A stretch of 64,000 nucleotides of DNA from Emiliania huxleyi CCMP1516 (taxonomy: Eukaryota), in the NCBI RefSeq assembly GCF_000372725.1, contig NW_005201984.1, positions 186,001-250,000 on the forward strand, read 5' to 3'. Under the pieces are notes generated by a model. The model was not told the DNA's origin, searched no databases, and was given only the letters and a program-made list of their open reading frames with translations. How positions within the stretch are numbered: position 1 is the first letter of the stretch; the number at the start of each line of letters is the position of its first letter. The position numbers and the translations under genes are program-made. Below, piece by piece: positions 49,433 through 60,162 of this stretch.

Positions 49433-52400
49433 ATGCTGCTCCTGCCCCTACTCTCCTTCTTCTGGCCTCGAGCGCATGCTTCCGGGGAGTGTGCGTGCGG
49501 CAACGTGGTTGTTGGCGGCGCGGAGTCTTCGCGCCCGGACCAAATGGGTGTGTACACGGAGCTTGGCGTGCAGACGCCAGACGGGCGGTCGGTCTACCAG
49601 CACGCCGGCGGCAGCTACCTCTACTACATCACAGCCTTCGGATCCTGGGCAGTCGGAGCGGACTACGCGGACAGCAGCGCGACGCCGTACCTGTACAGCG
49701 TCAGTAGCGCCCCCTGCCCGACGGCGACGACGGGGTGGATAGACACCACTTCAGGCCCTGTCGGCCTCGCATTGGCATGCCCTTCCCCGCCGCCCTCACC
49801 TCCGCCTCCCAGCCCGCCTCCGCCCTCGCCGCCGCCCCCCGTGTCGCCCGCTCCGGTGTGCGACTGCGACACTCCGGTGGTCAGCGGCGCAGAGGTAGAC
49901 CACTCGAGCCGCATGGGCGTCTATGCCGCCACCGGCATGCAGACGTCAGACGGGCGGTCGGTCTACCAGCACGCCGGCGGCGCCTACCTCTACTACATCG
50001 CAGCCTTCGGATCCTGGGCAGTCGGAGCGGACTACGCGGACAGCAGCGCGCCGCCGTACCTGTTCAGCGTCAGCAGCGCCCCCTGCCCGACGGCGACGAC
50101 GGGGTGGATAGACACCGCTTCAGGCCCTGTCGGCCTCGCATTGGCATGCCCTTCCCCGCCGCCCTCACCTCCGCCACCCTCACCTCCGCCGCCCTCGCCG
50201 CCGCCACCCTCTCCGCCGCCGCCCTCGCCATCGCCGCCGCCGCCCTCACCGCCCCGACCCTCGCCACCACCACCCTCGCCTCCGCCGCCCTCGCCACCTC
50301 CGCCCTCGCCGCCGCCTCCGAGCCCGCCGCCGCCCTCGCCATCGCCGCCCTCGCCATCGCCGCCGCCTCCCAACCCGCCGCCGCCCTCGCCACCACCGCC
50401 CAGTCCCCCGTCGCCCACGCCGCCGCCTCCAAGCCCGCCCCCGCCGAGCCCGCCTCCGCCCTCGCCGCCGCCCCCCGTGTCGCCCGCTCCGGTGTGCGAC
50501 TGCGACACTCCGGTGGTCAGCGGCGCAGAGGCAGACCACTCGAGCCGCATGGGCGTCTACGCCGCCACCGGCATGCAGACGCCAGACGGGCGGTCGGTCT
50601 ACCAGCACGCCGGCGGCGCCTACCTCTACTACATCGCAGCCTTCGGATCCTGGGCAGTCGGAGCGGACTACGCGGACAGCAGCGCGACGCCGTACCTGTT
50701 CAGCGTCAGCAGCGCCCCCTGCCCGACGGCGACGACGGGGTGGATAGACACCACTTCAGGCCCTGTCGGCCTCGCATTGGCATGCCCTTCCCCGGCGCCC
50801 TCACCTCCGCCACCCTCGCCCCCGCCGCCCTCGCCGCCGCCACCCTCGCCTCCGCCGCCCTCGCCACCTCCGCCCTCGCCGCCGCCTCCGAGCCCGCCGC
50901 CGCCCTCGCCACCGCCACCCTCGCCCTTGCCGCCGCCTCCGCTGCCGCCGCCGCCCTCGCCACCACCGCCCTCGCCACCGCCACCAAGCCTACCGCCGCC
51001 CTCACCTCCGCCACCGAGCCCACCCCCACCCTCACCTCCGCCTCCCAACCCACCGCCGCCCTCGCCACCACCGCCCACTCCCCCGTCGCCCTCGCCGCCG
51101 CCTCCAAGCCCGCCCCCGCCGAGCCCGCCTCCGCCCTCGCCTCCGCCCCCCGTGTCGCCCGCTCCGGTATGCGACTGCGACACTCCGGTGGTCAGCGGCG
51201 CAGAGGCAGACCACTCGAGCCGCATGGGCGTCTACGCCGCCACCGGCATGCAGACGCCAGACGGGCGGTCGGTCTACCAGCACGCCGGCGGCGCCTACCT
51301 CTACTACATCGCAGCCTTCGGATCCTGGGCAGTCGGAGCGGACTACGCGGACAGCAGCGCGACGCCGTACCTGTACAGCGTCAGCAGCGCCCCCTGCCCG
51401 ACGGCGACGACGGGGTGGATAGACACCACTTCAGGCCCTGTCGGCCTCGCATTGGCATGCCCTTCCCCGCCGCCCTCACCTCCGCCACCCTCGCCGCCGC
51501 CGCCCTCGCCGCCGCCGCCCTCACCGCCGCCACCCTCGCCCCTGCCGCCCTTGCCGCCGCCGCCCTCGCCGCCGCCGCCGCCACCCTCGCCTAGGCCGCC
51601 TTCGCCACCCCCAACGCCACCATCGCTGCCGCCACTGTCTTTGCCGGCACCCCTCTCCCCACCTTCGTCGCCTTTGGAGTGTGGAGACGCTCCCGATCTT
51701 GACGGGGATGGCCTCTTTCGCCTCGCCGACGCTGTCTACATGGCTGAGATATGGGTTGGTGCAAGCAGCAGTCATGGCGCCCCACCGTGCGGCAGCCCTC
51801 CCGGGGACCTCGACGGCGATGGTGCCTTTCGTCTTGCTGACGCTGTCTTCCTAGCTGAGGTGTGGGCGGGCAAGAGATCTTTCTCCGATAGCCGCCGCCG
51901 TCTTGCTGTTCCGCAGGGCACGTCGTCCCCCACGTACGGCTCTCTCGTCGGATTTAAGGAGGGACAGACCATGAAGGTGTATGCCTTTGTCGGCACTAGT
52001 CCAGTGATAGACGTGGACGATCTCACGTGGAAGACCATCGAACTTGCCTTCACGGGCGGGCAGGTCATGGCAGCCGAGGCAGAACATGGTCTGACGGCAC
52101 AGATCCAGGGAGATAGCGTGGTTGGCATCGGCGACCTCAGCGGCTCTGGCGATAGCTTCCCATCGGGGCTGGCAATGACGGTCACGTTCACTGCCAGCAC
52201 CAACATGAGTGACGTGGTGATTGATTTCTCCACGTCAACAACAGCCATCACGATGGATGACCCAGCGACCTACCCAACCGTCGAGTGGAGTATGCTACCC
52301 AATTCCTTGGTGGCCTGCATTGTTCAGGATTCGCACAACAAGATCTACGCCTTCGCCCCTGGCACCGATATCACCAGCATCAACATCGCAAACCCGACTG

Positions 52401-55400
52401 ATTCGCTCGAAATCACATCTCTGGTTAGCGGACTTACGTCGCAACTGGGTACCGGCTTCTTTGGACTTGCACGTCTCGACGGTACCGGCAACCCAATCGA
52501 GCAGCAGACCCCGATTGCCATCGCAAACGAGGAGCTTGCGCCGAATGCTGTCGGCTCCCAAACCTCAATTGTGAAGAGCCCGGTCAGTCCCGGATATGAC
52601 TATGTCATCTTTGTAATCGGCGCTGTCTTCTCCGATCCTTGCAAGCGATGTGGCTATCCCTACGAGGAAGGGACGACTGCATACCGCGGCGACTGCAAGG
52701 CCAATGCGGCAAACGACGCGTGTGCTAGTGAGCTCGACGGCAGTTCTTGCTACCTTGCGGCACCAAGCTGCACGTGCGACAGTGTCGACCTTAATCCAGC
52801 CTTCGATGCCTTCCTTGCCACTTGCGCCGAGAGCTCAGGCACCTGCAGAGCCTCTGGCCTCCAGTGCTACTCTGGTTCCGATTTATGCCAGCCAGTCGTA
52901 GAGTCGTGTTTCGACGGGCCACTCCCACCTTCGCAACCACCCTCGCCGCCACCTGCCTCACCGCCGCCGCCCTCACGTCCACCGCCTTCGTCTCCGCCTC
53001 CGTCGCCACCGCCGCCTAGCCCGCCTTCGCCCTCGCCACCGCCTCCAAGCCCGCCCCCGCCGAGCCCGCCTCCGCCCTCGCCGCCGCCCCCCGTGTCGCC
53101 CGCTCCGGTGTGCGACTGCGACACTCCGGTGGTCAGCGGCGCAGAGGCAGACCACTCGAGCCGCATGGGCGTCTACGCCGCCACCGGCATGCAGACGCCA
53201 GACGGGCGGTCGGTCTACCAGCACGCCGGCGGCGCCTACCTCTACTACATCGCAGCCTTCGGATCCTGGGCAGTCGGAGCGGACTACGCGGACAGCAGCG
53301 CGACGCCGTACCTGTTCAGCGTCAGCAGCGCCCCCTGCCCGACGGCGACGACGGGGTGGATAGACACCACTTCAGGCCCTGTCGGCCTCGCATTGGCATG
53401 CCCTTCCCCGCCGCCCTCACCTCCGCCACCCTCACCTCCGCCGCCCTCGCCGCCGCCACCCTCTCCGCCGCCGCCCTCGCCATCGCCGCCGCCGCCCTCA
53501 CCGCCCCGACCCTCGCCACCACCACCCTCGCCTCCGCCGCCCTCGCCACCTCCGCCCTCGCCGCCGCCTCCGAGCCCGCCGCCGCCCTCGCCATCGCCGC
53601 CCTCGCCATCGCCGCCGCCTCCCAACCCGCCGCCGCCCTCGCCACCACCGCCCAGTCCCCCGTCGCCCACGCCGCCGCCTCCAAGCCCGCCCCCGCCGAG
53701 CCCGCCTCCGCCCTCGCCGCCGCCCCCCGTGTCGCCCGCTCCGGTGTGCGACTGCGACACTCCGGTGGTCAGCGGCGCAGAGGCAGACCACTCGAGCCGC
53801 ATGGGCGTCTACGCCGCCACCGGCATGCAGACGCCAGACGGGCGGTCGGTCTACCAGCACGCCGGCGGCGCCTACCTCTACTACATCGCAGCCTTCGGAT
53901 CCTGGGCAGTCGGAGCGGACTACGCGGACAGCAGCGCGACGCCGTACCTGTTCAGCGTCAGCAGCGCCCCCTGCCCGACGGCGACGACGGGGTGGATAGA
54001 CACCACTTCAGGCCCTGCCGGCCTTGCACTGGCATGCCCTTCCCCGCCGCCCTCACCTCCGCCACCCTCGCCCCCGCCGCCCTCGCCGCCGCCGCCCTCG
54101 CCATCGCCGCCCTCGCCATCGCCGCCGCCGCCCTCACCGCCGCCACCCCCACCTCCGCCGCCCTCACCGCCGCCGCCCTTGCCACCGCCTCCAAGCCCGC
54201 CACCTCCATCGCCGCCTCCGCCCTCGCCTCCGCCCCTCGTGTCGCCCGCTCCGGTGTGCGACTGCGACACTCCGGTGGTCAGCGGCGCAGAGGCAGACCA
54301 CTCGAGCCGCATGGGCGTCTACGCCGCCACCGGCATGCAGACGCCAGACGGGCGGTCGGTCTACCAGCACGCCGGCGGCGCCTACCTCTACTACATCGCA
54401 GCCTTCGGATCCTGGGCAGTCGGAGCGGACTACGCGGACAGCAGCGCGACGCCGTACCTGTACAGCGTCAGCAGCACCCCCTGCCCGACGGCGACGACGG
54501 GGTGGATAGACACCACTTCAGGCCCTGCCGGCCTCGCATTGGCATGCCCTTCCCCGCCGCCCTCACCTCCGCCACCCTCGCCCCCGCCGCCCTCGCCGCC
54601 GCCGCCCTCGCCATCGCCGCCCTCGCCATCGCCGCCGCCGCCCTCACCGCCGCCACCCCCACCTCCGCCGCCCTCACCTCCGCCGCCCTCGCCACCGCCT
54701 CCAAGCCCGCCACCTCCATCGCCGCCTCCGCCCTCGCCTCCGCCCCCCGTGTCGCCCGCTCCGGTGTGCGACTGCGATACTCCGGTGGTCAGCGGCGCAG
54801 AGGCAGACCACTCGAGCCGCATGGGCGTCTACGCCGCCACCGGCATGCAGACGCCAGACGGGCGGTCGGTCTACCAGCACGCCGGCGGCGCCTACCTCTA
54901 CTACATCGCAGCCTTCGGATCCTGGGCAGTCGGAGCGGACTACGCGGACAGCAGCGCGACGCCGTACCTGTACAGCGTCAGCAGCGCCCCCTGCCCGACG
55001 GCGACGACGGGGTGGATAGACACCGCTTCAGGCCCTGTCGGCCTCGCATTGGCATGCCCTTCCCCGCCGCCCTCACCTCCGCCACCCTCACCGCCACCGC
55101 CCTCGCCCTCGCCGCCGCCTCCGTCGCCGCCTCCGTCGCCGCCCCCTCCGTCGCCGCCTCCGCCCTCGCTGCCGCCTCCCAACCTACCGCCGCCCTCGCC
55201 GCCGCCGCCCAGTACCCCGCCGCCCTCGCTGCCACCGCCCAGCCCGCCCCCGCCGAGCCCGCCTCCGCCCTCGCCTCCGCCCCCCGTGTCGCCCGCTCCG
55301 GTGTGCGACTGCGACACTCCGGTGGTCAGCGGCGCAGAGGCAGACCACTCGAGCCGCATGGGCGTCTACGCCGCCACCGGCATGCAGACGCCAGACGGGC

Positions 55401-56491
55401 GGTCGGTCTACCAGCATGCCGGCGGCGCCTACCTCTACTTCGTTGACGCCGCCATCAACTTCCCGTCGTGCCCCACGTGCATGTCGAGCTGGGCCATCGG
55501 CACGGACTACACCGATGCGTCCCTGCAGCCCGACTTGTTCAGCGTCAGCAGCGCCCCCTGCCCGACGGGTGCGATGGATTGGCTGGCGAGGACAGGATCG
55601 GGCTACGCCGTGCTCGGTACACTTGCATGCCCGTCACCGCCGCCGTCGCCGCTGTCACCATCGTTGCCGCCTTTGTTCATGTTGCCACCGTTGCTGCCAC
55701 CGTCCACGCCGTGCGCCCCGACCCCGATGCAGCTCACGCGCCCTGCCTTTGCTGGAGACACGCATATCTCTGTTAGCCACCACCGATGCGGTCTTGACGT
55801 GGGCGACACGTTCATCCTCGGGAGCGAAATCCTGGCTGTCACCGCCCTTGGCGGTTACGGCCTTCGCCGTTCGCTCTCGGCCATGGCCCCGCGCTCGCTC
55901 TCCGAGTGGGACGTCACCGTGTCCTTCACCCCGGCATTGACGAGCAGCTATCTGGCCGGCCTCGCGGAGTCTTTGACGCCGCTTGCGCCGCCGCCGATGG
56001 TTGGATTGGGCTCGCCGCCAGCGATTTCGCCACCGGCGCTGGCGCCTCCTACACCCTGGTCACCGCTGGGGGATGTTCTCACCCCCTTGGGCATCGGAGT
56101 TACCACGAGCGGAGCCATTCCAGTCTGGCAGCTCGCTCTAGCCATCTGCTTGCCCACCGCGATCCTCTGCGCTGCGCTGCTGCTCGCTCGCAGGTTGCGG
56201 GTGTGCTCGTGGCGACGCAAGACGCCACCGACCGCCAGCTCAGCTCCGATGGTTGGCTTTATCACACACAGTTCCAGGGCAAGCTCTCGTTTCGCGGGCG
56301 GAGTTGGTGTCGACGACGAAGACTATGAGCACCTGTCTATCGTCAGTAACGAGTACGCCAGAGAGGGCGACGTTTCGACAGCCTCGGTGAAACCGAGAAT
56401 CGGCCGCGTCGCACTTGTGCGGAGCGGCGGGGCGGTTAGGCAGGCTGCCGTCGCAGACAGAGACTCTGGGGGCATGATCAGTCGTATCTAG
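49433..56491 (+). CDS. 2352-aa intronless type I membrane surface protein: signal peptide, 9 Cys-domains with SPPPP linkers, dockerin-like pair, two cohesin-like repeats, Cys-rich module, TM helix
   Basis: Single long ORF; DLDGDG x2 at 51695 and 51806; TM 'IPVWQLALAICLPTAILCAALLLA' followed by RRLR (~56117-56200). Confidence 0.85.
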   Translation: MLLLPLLSFFWPRAHASGECACGNVVVGGAESSRPDQMGVYTELGVQTPDGRSVYQHAGGSYLYYITAFGSWAVGADYADSSATPYLYSVSSAPCPTATTGWIDTTSGPVGLALACPSPPPSPPPPSPPPPSPPPPVSPAPVCDCDTPVVSGAEVDHSSRMGVYAATGMQTSDGRSVYQHAGGAYLYYIAAFGSWAVGADYADSSAPPYLFSVSSAPCPTATTGWIDTASGPVGLALACPSPPPSPPPPSPPPPSPPPPSPPPPSPSPPPPSPPRPSPPPPSPPPPSPPPPSPPPPSPPPPSPSPPSPSPPPPNPPPPSPPPPSPPSPTPPPPSPPPPSPPPPSPPPPVSPAPVCDCDTPVVSGAEADHSSRMGVYAATGMQTPDGRSVYQHAGGAYLYYIAAFGSWAVGADYADSSATPYLFSVSSAPCPTATTGWIDTTSGPVGLALACPSPAPSPPPPSPPPPSPPPPSPPPPSPPPPSPPPPSPPPPSPPPPSPLPPPPLPPPPSPPPPSPPPPSLPPPSPPPPSPPPPSPPPPNPPPPSPPPPTPPSPSPPPPSPPPPSPPPPSPPPPVSPAPVCDCDTPVVSGAEADHSSRMGVYAATGMQTPDGRSVYQHAGGAYLYYIAAFGSWAVGADYADSSATPYLYSVSSAPCPTATTGWIDTTSGPVGLALACPSPPPSPPPPSPPPPSPPPPSPPPPSPLPPLPPPPSPPPPPPSPRPPSPPPTPPSLPPLSLPAPLSPPSSPLECGDAPDLDGDGLFRLADAVYMAEIWVGASSSHGAPPCGSPPGDLDGDGAFRLADAVFLAEVWAGKRSFSDSRRRLAVPQGTSSPTYGSLVGFKEGQTMKVYAFVGTSPVIDVDDLTWKTIELAFTGGQVMAAEAEHGLTAQIQGDSVVGIGDLSGSGDSFPSGLAMTVTFTASTNMSDVVIDFSTSTTAITMDDPATYPTVEWSMLPNSLVACIVQDSHNKIYAFAPGTDITSINIANPTDSLEITSLVSGLTSQLGTGFFGLARLDGTGNPIEQQTPIAIANEELAPNAVGSQTSIVKSPVSPGYDYVIFVIGAVFSDPCKRCGYPYEEGTTAYRGDCKANAANDACASELDGSSCYLAAPSCTCDSVDLNPAFDAFLATCAESSGTCRASGLQCYSGSDLCQPVVESCFDGPLPPSQPPSPPPASPPPPSRPPPSSPPPSPPPPSPPSPSPPPPSPPPPSPPPPSPPPPVSPAPVCDCDTPVVSGAEADHSSRMGVYAATGMQTPDGRSVYQHAGGAYLYYIAAFGSWAVGADYADSSATPYLFSVSSAPCPTATTGWIDTTSGPVGLALACPSPPPSPPPPSPPPPSPPPPSPPPPSPSPPPPSPPRPSPPPPSPPPPSPPPPSPPPPSPPPPSPSPPSPSPPPPNPPPPSPPPPSPPSPTPPPPSPPPPSPPPPSPPPPVSPAPVCDCDTPVVSGAEADHSSRMGVYAATGMQTPDGRSVYQHAGGAYLYYIAAFGSWAVGADYADSSATPYLFSVSSAPCPTATTGWIDTTSGPAGLALACPSPPPSPPPPSPPPPSPPPPSPSPPSPSPPPPSPPPPPPPPPSPPPPLPPPPSPPPPSPPPPSPPPLVSPAPVCDCDTPVVSGAEADHSSRMGVYAATGMQTPDGRSVYQHAGGAYLYYIAAFGSWAVGADYADSSATPYLYSVSSTPCPTATTGWIDTTSGPAGLALACPSPPPSPPPPSPPPPSPPPPSPSPPSPSPPPPSPPPPPPPPPSPPPPSPPPPSPPPPSPPPPSPPPPVSPAPVCDCDTPVVSGAEADHSSRMGVYAATGMQTPDGRSVYQHAGGAYLYYIAAFGSWAVGADYADSSATPYLYSVSSAPCPTATTGWIDTASGPVGLALACPSPPPSPPPPSPPPPSPSPPPPSPPPSPPPPSPPPPSLPPPNLPPPSPPPPSTPPPSLPPPSPPPPSPPPPSPPPPVSPAPVCDCDTPVVSGAEADHSSRMGVYAATGMQTPDGRSVYQHAGGAYLYFVDAAINFPSCPTCMSSWAIGTDYTDASLQPDLFSVSSAPCPTGAMDWLARTGSGYAVLGTLACPSPPPSPLSPSLPPLFMLPPLLPPSTPCAPTPMQLTRPAFAGDTHISVSHHRCGLDVGDTFILGSEILAVTALGGYGLRRSLSAMAPRSLSEWDVTVSFTPALTSSYLAGLAESLTPLAPPPMVGLGSPPAISPPALAPPTPWSPLGDVLTPLGIGVTTSGAIPVWQLALAICLPTAILCAALLLARRLRVCSWRRKTPPTASSAPMVGFITHSSRASSRFAGGVGVDDEDYEHLSIVSNEYAREGDVSTASVKPRIGRVALVRSGGAVRQAAVADRDSGGMISRI

Positions 56492-56719
56492 GTGTGGTGC
56501 CTGTGAGTTCTTTTTTGCGTCACTGCCTGAATTCCTTTTTTTGCCTTAGCAGGGTTCGTTGGGCTCCTAGCCGGATCCGTCTGTGTAGGTACGATGGGCT
56601 TGTTTGGCCCAAAGGGCCCGGCAACAGGTTACGCATCAGGGCAAAGAAAAAACAAATAGACCCACCTCTAGACCAGCTAGGATCTATCCCTTCGGGTTTG
56701 TCGCTTTGTGGCAAATTCT

Positions 56720-59391
56720 ATGCTCCGGCGAGCCCTTGGTCTTACGACCGTCGGCGTCGGCGGAGGGGCAGCGCTCGCGTACCAGTGGGCGAAGGAGGCG
56801 CTTGGGGAGGATGGGTTGGAACGGTTGATCAAATACGACCGCGTCGCCATCCCCGCCATCGTGCAGTACAAGTGGGTGGAAGCGCGGTGCGGAAAGTTGT
56901 CTCGTCTGGCCCCGCTGCTCTTCCCGCCCGTGAGCGAGGAGGAGGAGACGGCGCGCTTCGCCGTGCTGCACGAGAGGTGGGCACAGCCACTCTTTGACAT
57001 CTTCATGGCGCGGACGCCGCCCGCGCTCAATCCCCGCTCCACTGCCGGCACCACTGTGGCCGATCCCACTCCGCGCACGGCAGGAGTTGGGCGGCTTTTA
57101 CTACAAGAGCGGCCAAAAGATCGCCGCAAACACGTCGGGCGTGATGCCCAAGTTGTACATCGACCTGTTTCAGCCGTTCCTCGACCGGATCCCTCCTCGC
57201 CCGTTTGCCGAGATCCGAGGCGCCACACCTCCCGCCTCCCGACGCACCGCCGCACGGCTGCCGCACCGCTGCCGCCTGTTGCAGCGCCGGTTGTGTCCCT
57301 CAGCCGCGACCCTCGCTAATCTCCCTCTCTCGCCGCCCGCAGCCGTCGTCGAGGAGGAGCTGGGCGTGCCGCTGGGCGAGGTCTTCTCCGAGTTCGAGGA
57401 GGCGCCGCTCGGCTGCGCCTCCATCGGCCAGACGCACCGCGCGGTGCTGCGCGCGAGCGGCGAGCGTGTCGTCGTCAAGGCGTGCAGAGACACTTGATAC
57501 ACACTTCGGCTCCTCCCACACTTCCCCGACGCTTCCTAGACACTTCCTAGACTTCGGCGAGCGCGGCGTCGTTCAGGCTCCGAGTTTTCAGCTCAGTGCG
57601 CAGCTCGAGGAGGGCCTGCGGGCAACAGGCGCACTTCCGTGGACTCAGGTCCAGAACCCAAAGGCCGAGCAAACCTTCCGCGGCGACGTCTTTGCGCTCA
57701 AGACCGTCGTGGACGCCTTCGCGCCGCAAGCCTCGCCCGCCTTCGACGAGATCCAGAAGCAGTTCGCGACCGAGTTTGACTACCGCGGCGAGTGCGCCAA
57801 CGCCGTCGAGGTGCGAGCCAACCTCGTCCGGAGCGGCCGCTTCCCGAACGTGCTGGTGCCGCGCATGCACGCGGCGCTCTGCACGCGGAGGCACGGCTCG
57901 CGCAGCGTGTCCTCCCTCTCTCGGTCTGGGCTCAGCACTCGGGAGGCACGGGTGAGTTAGGCTGCTCGTGATGGAGGAGATCTTCCCGTGCGTACCGCTG
58001 CACCACGCGCTCGACGCGCAGGCGGCCCTCGTCGCACGGCAGCGCGGCGCCGGCCCGCGAGGCGCGGCGAGAGGCGCGGCGCCGGCCCGGCTGCACCTCG
58101 GCGGCACCTCGGTCCCGTAGGCGTCACGAAGGAGGAGTTCCTGGCCGCGGAGAAGGCGCGCGTCGAGGCAGAGTCCCGCGAGGCCGCTTCGCGAGGCCGC
58201 CTCGTCCGGCAGCTCTCGCACAACACGTACGAGCGCTACATTGCGCTGCAGCGGGTGCGCGCCGCTTGCTGGCGCGGCGCGGCGCGGCTGTACAACTGGA
58301 CGATCGGCGTGCTCACGCTCGGCGCGTCGCGATACGACCTCGCCGCCCTCTCCGCAGAGGCGCTCATCCCGATCAACGCGGCGTCGCTGGTGGACGAGCT
58401 CCTCTCCGTCACTGCGCACCAGGCGCGCCGCTGCGGAGGGCGGCGTGCCGAGCGGAGGGGCGGAGGCGAGGCGGCGCCTCCACTCGCGGCTGTGAGCAGG
58501 TGCTCATCGACGGCTGCTTCAACGCCGACCCGCACCCGGGCAACATCCTCTACGTGGACTCGGTCCACCCGCCAAAGCTGGGGCTGATTGACTATGGGCA
58601 GGTCCGCGGCGCACGCTCACACACACTACACGCGCACGCACACGCTGCTGACACACTCTCCGCTGATCCCGCGCGCCATGCCGCGCTCGCCTCAGGTGAA
58701 GCGGCTGACGGACCAGCAGCGGTATGACGTCGCCAAGGCGTACTTGCTCGTCGAGGCCGCGCTGCGAATCGACCCGAAGACGGACCCGCAGGCTGACCCG
58801 GCGGCGCACGCCAGGGCGAAGGCCGCCATCGCGCGCCACCAGTTCGAGACGCTCGGCGTCAAGACGGAGAAGCTCGACCCCGAGGTGGCGTACGAGCAGG
58901 CCACCCCGCCGCACCCTTTCCCAGCGTCGCTCTCCAAAGCCAGCTGCCCTTGCGGGACTGTGGCCCCCGCGCCTTCGCACTGCCGCGCGCGACCGCCCGG
59001 CCCTCGCCGCCGCCACCCCGCGCCACTCTGCCGCCGCAGGCTTGCGTCTACTTTGGGCGGATGGACGCGGCGTGGCTGTACCCGCTCAACGTGATACAAT
59101 GGTCCGACTCGGTCGAGGCGCGCGATCCGCTCAAGGACATCTCCGCGTGCGAATACCTCGTCATGTGCGCGGCGGCGGCAAGGGGGGGGGGGGGGTAGCA
59201 CTTTCAGGAGAACCGCCCTCGACTGTAGGCTCAACATGACGACGATGATGATTCGCGGGCTCGGCGAGATGCTGCAGCAGTACCGCAACCTTGCAGCCGT
59301 GTGGGCGCCGACGGCGCGCCGGGCGCTCTCCGAGCAGCCGGGCTTACTCGAGACGGTGGAGGCGGAGATCCGCTCGTGGCATGAACCGTGA
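56720..59391 (+). CDS. ABC1/UbiB-family atypical kinase (ADCK-like), 10 exons
   Basis: ELGGFYYKSGQ, FSEFEEAPLGCASIGQTHRA, VVVKVQ.P, EFDYRGE..N, LLVMEEI, FNADPHPGNIL, LIDYGQVK. Confidence 0.93.
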
Positions 59392-60162
59392 TTCTCAGCG
59401 TCGTGACCGTAATAGCTAATGGTACTGTGTACGAGTAATCTCAGTAGCTGAGGCCGAGACAAAAATCTAATAAGAAAATGACAGAGTAGGATATGACATG
59501 TGTATCGTGTTACCTTTCCACCACTTCTCCGTAGACGGCGTACGGGTACGCAAAAAAAGGCTCGCTAAAAACACACCGCAAAATTCTCTCGTGTGGCGGC
59601 CCGCGAAGAGACATGGGAAAGAATAGCCCCTTGCAGTGTGGGAGGTATTTTTCTTCCTGTTCCTAAGGCTGAGGCCTAGCGGTCTGCTGCGCAGAAGAGG
59701 TAAAAAGTCTGCGAGCTCTTACTATATCAAAACGTATATACGGCTGGGCTTTTTAGTTTCTCTGGTAGGTCGGGAACGAGATGATAGTAGGGAGTTGAAG
59801 AAAAGCAAAGAGGAGCCCTGCGCACGCACGACTCCGCAGGAGAAGCCCCTCTAGTATCTGTGTGGCATTAAGTCCATTTTAGTATTTAGACTATAATTTT
59901 TAGAGAGGGAGAGTGTGTGTACCTAGTCCTAGACACCGCCAGGTCGCATGAGCGATTTTATTTTCATGAAACGTAAGTAGGCGAGTGGGGACAAAACGGA
60001 GATCGCCTTTCATCAGCCACACGAGACAGCGTGACAGCGTGAGTGCGCGGTCTCCTTTCCCGCACCGAGTTTTACTTTTTCACAGCAGCGCGAAAAAGCG
60101 CAAACACGAGAAACGGACCTCCGTCTATCTCTCCGGACTACACTTACTCCGCGTCGTCCGTC

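Noticed and set aside
43041..55500. CRISPR-like repeat/spacer pattern, and Gly- or Ala-rich ORFs in other frames
   Set aside because: The repeats are ~300-bp in-frame coding domains with Pro-rich linkers; the other ORFs are shadow frames. There are no cas genes and the DNA is eukaryotic.
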